Shown here: piece after piece, positions 15,166-17,827 of the stretch | How the letters are laid out: every line of letters starts with the position of its first letter | Numbering within the stretch: position 1 is the stretch's first letter | Virus record (IMG/VR): IMGVR_UViG_2563366903_000004 | DNA length: 17,827 nucleotides | Strand: one strand, 5' to 3' | Source: a virus | Lineage: Duplodnaviria; Heunggongvirae; Uroviricota; Caudoviricetes | Made by a program: the position numbers and the translations under genes | Notes under the pieces: model-generated | Told to the model about the DNA's origin: nothing | The model's input: only the letters and a program-made list of their open reading frames with translations | Databases searched by the model: none

Positions 15166-15453
15166 ATGAAGGTCTTAAACGTAGAGAGGCTTCACAGTTT
15201 TAGCCGGAAGCACAATCAGGCCAAGGGGGCTTTAGACTCTTGGTATGATGAAGTGATAAGAGAAAACTGGAAAACGACTCAAGACATACGGAATAGATTT
15301 AATTCTGCCGACTTCCTTCCTAACAACAGGGTAATTTTTAATATAAAAGGCAATAACTATCGGCTCGTTGTCCAAGTTGTTTACCAGGCAGGAATGGTCA
15401 TAGTTGAAAGAGTTGGAACTCATGCAGAGTACGACAAGTGGAGGCTTAAATGA
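15166..15453 (+). CDS. HigB/RelE-superfamily toxin-like protein (95 aa)
   Basis: C-terminal half FNIKGNNYRLVVQVVYQAGMVIVERVGTHAEYDKW matches the HigB pattern (recalled E. coli HigB ...FNVGGNELRVVAMVFF...IREVMTHKEYD); toxin-first order as in higBA; stop overlaps the next start (ATGA). Confidence 0.65.
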   Translation: MKVLNVERLHSFSRKHNQAKGALDSWYDEVIRENWKTTQDIRNRFNSADFLPNNRVIFNIKGNNYRLVVQVVYQAGMVIVERVGTHAEYDKWRLK

Positions 15454-16106
15454 ATCGAACTAGCTGGCGCATCATTAAAAATAGTGAAGAGCATGCTGCA
15501 GCTATGGAAAGGCTCATTGAACTTGCGTCTAGTGATTTACAACCTGGAACTGAAGATTTTGATGAGTTTGAACTACTAGGCTTGCTTATCGAGCACTATG
15601 AGTCACGCGAGTTCCCTATGGACAAGCCAGATCCCATAGAAGCAATCAAGTTCCGTATGGATCAACAAGGCCTCTCTTATGCCGATATGAAACAATACAT
15701 TGGCTCAGCATCTAAAGTATCTGAGGTCTTAAATCGTAAGCGTCCATTAAGTCTTTCAATGATCCGTAGACTACATGACGGACTTGGAATTCCTGCAGAT
15801 ATCTTAATTCAAGATATGAGCGCAATTGAATGGAGCCTAGTTGACGCAGAGGAAGAAGAAACAGCCATGACTAGCGTCATTGCTCGGTGTGAGTCAGCCG
15901 TCACATCACCTTCTGCTTATTTCGCTGAAAAGGCTACAGAATCTTACTTTTCAAAAATGTTGTTCAGCGCAGTAAGGGGTAATGGCAAATGCAAAGAAAA
16001 ACGGAATGTTTTTTCTTTGATAAGTAACTTGTCATCAAGTTTCACAGCGGCTAGCAACCTGAATGACGAAATGACTTCTGACGGAAATTACTTATTATTA
16101 CCATGA
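15450..16106 (+). CDS. HigA-like XRE-HTH antitoxin with ~90-aa C-terminal extension (candidate chaperone-addiction domain)
   Basis: 218 aa; residues ~60-130 (SKVSEVLNRKRPLSLSMIRRLHDGLGIPADILI) resemble the HigA HTH region (recalled ...VSRVLSGKRKLTLEHAKKLATRFGISPALFI); extra C-terminal tail absent from canonical ~100-140-aa HigA; ATGA overlaps at both ends. Confidence 0.6.
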   Translation: MNRTSWRIIKNSEEHAAAMERLIELASSDLQPGTEDFDEFELLGLLIEHYESREFPMDKPDPIEAIKFRMDQQGLSYADMKQYIGSASKVSEVLNRKRPLSLSMIRRLHDGLGIPADILIQDMSAIEWSLVDAEEEETAMTSVIARCESAVTSPSAYFAEKATESYFSKMLFSAVRGNGKCKEKRNVFSLISNLSSSFTAASNLNDEMTSDGNYLLLP

Positions 16107-16507
16107 AAATTGAACTCATTAGCAAAAAAGTTGAACGCTTGGTTATGACACGGCTAGAAGGCGATTCAACAGCAAAAAAAGCCATAAAAACAACCGTTAA
16201 TCTAAATAATGAACTTTACACTAATGTGAAGGATTCAAAGCTATTTAGAGTGAGATATTTTGCCTCCGTAACTATTGAAGGCAGGCTTGAGATGGACATC
16301 ACATACGACTTTGACTTCCGGTCAGAAGATGATTTTTCTCATGAAATGGCAAAATCATATGAGGTAAGGTCCATTGCTCCCAATATGGCATATCCCTATA
16401 TAAAAACATATGCCGAGCAAATTATCCTCATGTCAAACCTTGGTAGGTTCACTCTGCCTTATTTTGATTTCTTGGCCAATCCCATGGAAACGAACAGTAA
16501 TAAGTGA
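16103..16507 (+). CDS. SecB-like chaperone candidate (134 aa), third gene of the module
   Basis: C-terminal block APNMAYPYIKTYAEQIILMSNLGRFTLPYFDF resembles the E. coli SecB block [33 protein letters not shown] (recalled); ATGA coupling to the antitoxin gene; intrinsic terminator immediately downstream. Confidence 0.5.
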   Translation: MKIELISKKVERLVMTRLEGDSTAKKAIKTTVNLNNELYTNVKDSKLFRVRYFASVTIEGRLEMDITYDFDFRSEDDFSHEMAKSYEVRSIAPNMAYPYIKTYAEQIILMSNLGRFTLPYFDFLANPMETNSNK

Positions 16508-16516
16508 AATTCCCCA

Positions 16517-16542
16517 CCCGGCCTCAGCGCCGGGTTTTCTTT
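16517..16542 (+). terminator. Intrinsic terminator after the SecB-like gene (tImm-like)
   Basis: CCCGGC-ctcagc-GCCGGG hairpin followed by TTTTCTTT, starting 10 nt after the stop codon. Confidence 0.7.
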
Positions 16543-16825
16543 GCCTCACGATCCCCCACCTAAAAAAACATAACCATTTGTATTTATAGATGTAACTCGC
16601 TAAACCATGCAGTTCTGATCCCTGCCGCATAACCTTCATCAGCCACATTTTCAAAAATAAATTTCCTTATATATCAGAATCATACTTCGTAGAGTTAATA
16701 AATCACCAAAATTCGTACCAATAGTTCTTGATAATGTCGAACTATTGGTTCATCATTATCGTCATCAGCAGGACGCATTACTCACCAGGGCGGTGAATAT
16801 ACAACGATTCGAATATGAATCTACG

Positions 16826-16840
16826 GCGCTGACAAAGCGC
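16826..16840 (+). promoter_or_regulatory. Candidate nutL boxB hairpin
   Basis: GCGCT-GACAA-AGCGC stem-loop preceded by CTACG, ~170 nt upstream of the N start codon. Confidence 0.5.
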
Positions 16841-17005
16841 AATAACCAAAGTGAACTTTGGGGTGTGGTGAAGGGTTCATGGACGGGAATATGTCGCACG
16901 TAAAGCGGCGAGGCCTGCGGGACTATTGCCGAATTGAAGTAGGCCGAAACAGGTCGAAATGGGTCTCCCACCTACCACACCACCAAAGTTCATCAGGAGG
17001 TCTAT

Positions 17006-17389
17006 ATGACACGCAGAACTCAGTTCAAAGGCAATTCACGTTCTCGTCGTCGTGAGCGTTTAAAGGCAAAGGCATTAGCTAACTGCGTACTGGCCCGCGA
17101 AGAAGCAATAAGTTCAGAAGTATTACACCGCCCTACTCTAAGCAGAGCGCAGATTCAGGCTAAAGGTACTCACGAAACGCCTGAGCGCATAGAAGACGCT
17201 AAGCCAATTAAGTTCATTGCACAGGACGTGATCTGGCAACAGAAAGAATACAGACGCAATCTGGAGCGAGCAGCCATTGTGTACGCGAATGAGTTTGGAC
17301 ATAAGCAACCAGAAACTGGTGTATGTCTTCCAAACGTAGCCATTTACGCGGCAGGCTACCGGAAATCAAAACAACTGACGGCAAGATGA
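17006..17389 (+). CDS. N: Antitermination protein N
   Basis: 127-aa ORF with an N-terminal arginine-rich motif (MTRRTQFKGNSRSRRRERLKAK); GGAGG RBS 7 nt upstream; candidate nutL boxB hairpin ~170 nt upstream. Confidence 0.85.
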   Translation: MTRRTQFKGNSRSRRRERLKAKALANCVLAREEAISSEVLHRPTLSRAQIQAKGTHETPERIEDAKPIKFIAQDVIWQQKEYRRNLERAAIVYANEFGHKQPETGVCLPNVAIYAAGYRKSKQLTAR

Positions 17390-17827
17390 CTTGTGTTGGT
17401 CGCCAGAAAATGAAATTAGGCAGCAAACCACTTATTTGAGGACTGATACATGAGAGTAAAAACATGGGCACAAGCCCATTAAGTGGTCGTATTTTTCAAG
17501 GAACATTAAACACTGAAAAAGGAATGTGGGTAGGAAAAAAAAGAAGATGACACCGAACAGGCAGTTAAGGCAGTAGCCGAACACCTGATGATAAAAGACC
17601 AGAAATATGCATACGAAACGAAGGATGGCAAATGGCTGATAATAAGCCATCAACTGGTTGATAAATTACCAGAAGAGTTTATTGCTGGTTAAATTCACTT
17701 TGGAACAAATAACAGAATAAACACTGCACTGTGTATTCATTCCAACGAGTGAATACACGGAGCAATGTCGCTCGTAACTAAACAGGAGCCGACTTGTTCT
17801 GATTATTGGAAATCTTCTTTGCCCTCC

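Noticed and set aside
14322-16507. rexA/rexB homologs downstream of cI
   Set aside because: The three genes after cI are far too small and show HigB/HigA/SecB-like features rather than RexA (~280 aa) or the multi-pass membrane protein RexB.
17214-17653. Minus-strand ORFs of 85 and 73 aa at the right edge
   Set aside because: Antisense to the N transcription unit; Leu/Phe-rich low-complexity translations; no RBS; one overlaps the N coding 3' end.
1-17827. Integrase and attachment sites
   Set aside because: No integrase-like ORF or att-type core repeats in this window; the prophage ends are presumably outside it.

Overview
This window is the immunity/replication/nin/Q/lysis-proximal part of a lambda-type prophage (Escherichia/Shigella-like), lying in reverse orientation. 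Protein identities come from reading the ORF-track translations against remembered phage protein families; no database search was run. Coordinates of hand-located motifs may be off by 1-2 nt. On the minus strand, right to left: cro, cII, gene O (split by a 1310-bp IS629-like element with a 3-bp target duplication, ori iterons still present), P, ren, a tR2-like terminator, a mosaic nin region (Lar-like, ninB, Dam-like methyltransferase, ninE, an ORF6N-domain cassette bracketed by terminators, Rha/KilAC antirepressor, ninG), Q, a tR'-like terminator with a degenerate tRNA-like relic, cargo (TerB-like protein, an AT-rich opposite-strand moron, NanS-p-like sialate O-acetylesterase), then pinholin S and a SAR-type endolysin truncated at the window start. 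No stx genes are present. On the plus strand: cI (divergent from cro across a three-palindrome operator region), then the main finding, a translationally coupled three-gene module in the slot where lambda carries rexAB: HigB-like toxin, HigA-like antitoxin with a ~90-aa C-terminal extension, and a SecB-like protein. This is the architecture of a tripartite toxin-antitoxin-chaperone (TAC) system, with its own palindromic operators and terminator, followed by nutL and gene N. The prophage is probably replication-defective but keeps immunity, antitermination and lysis functions.
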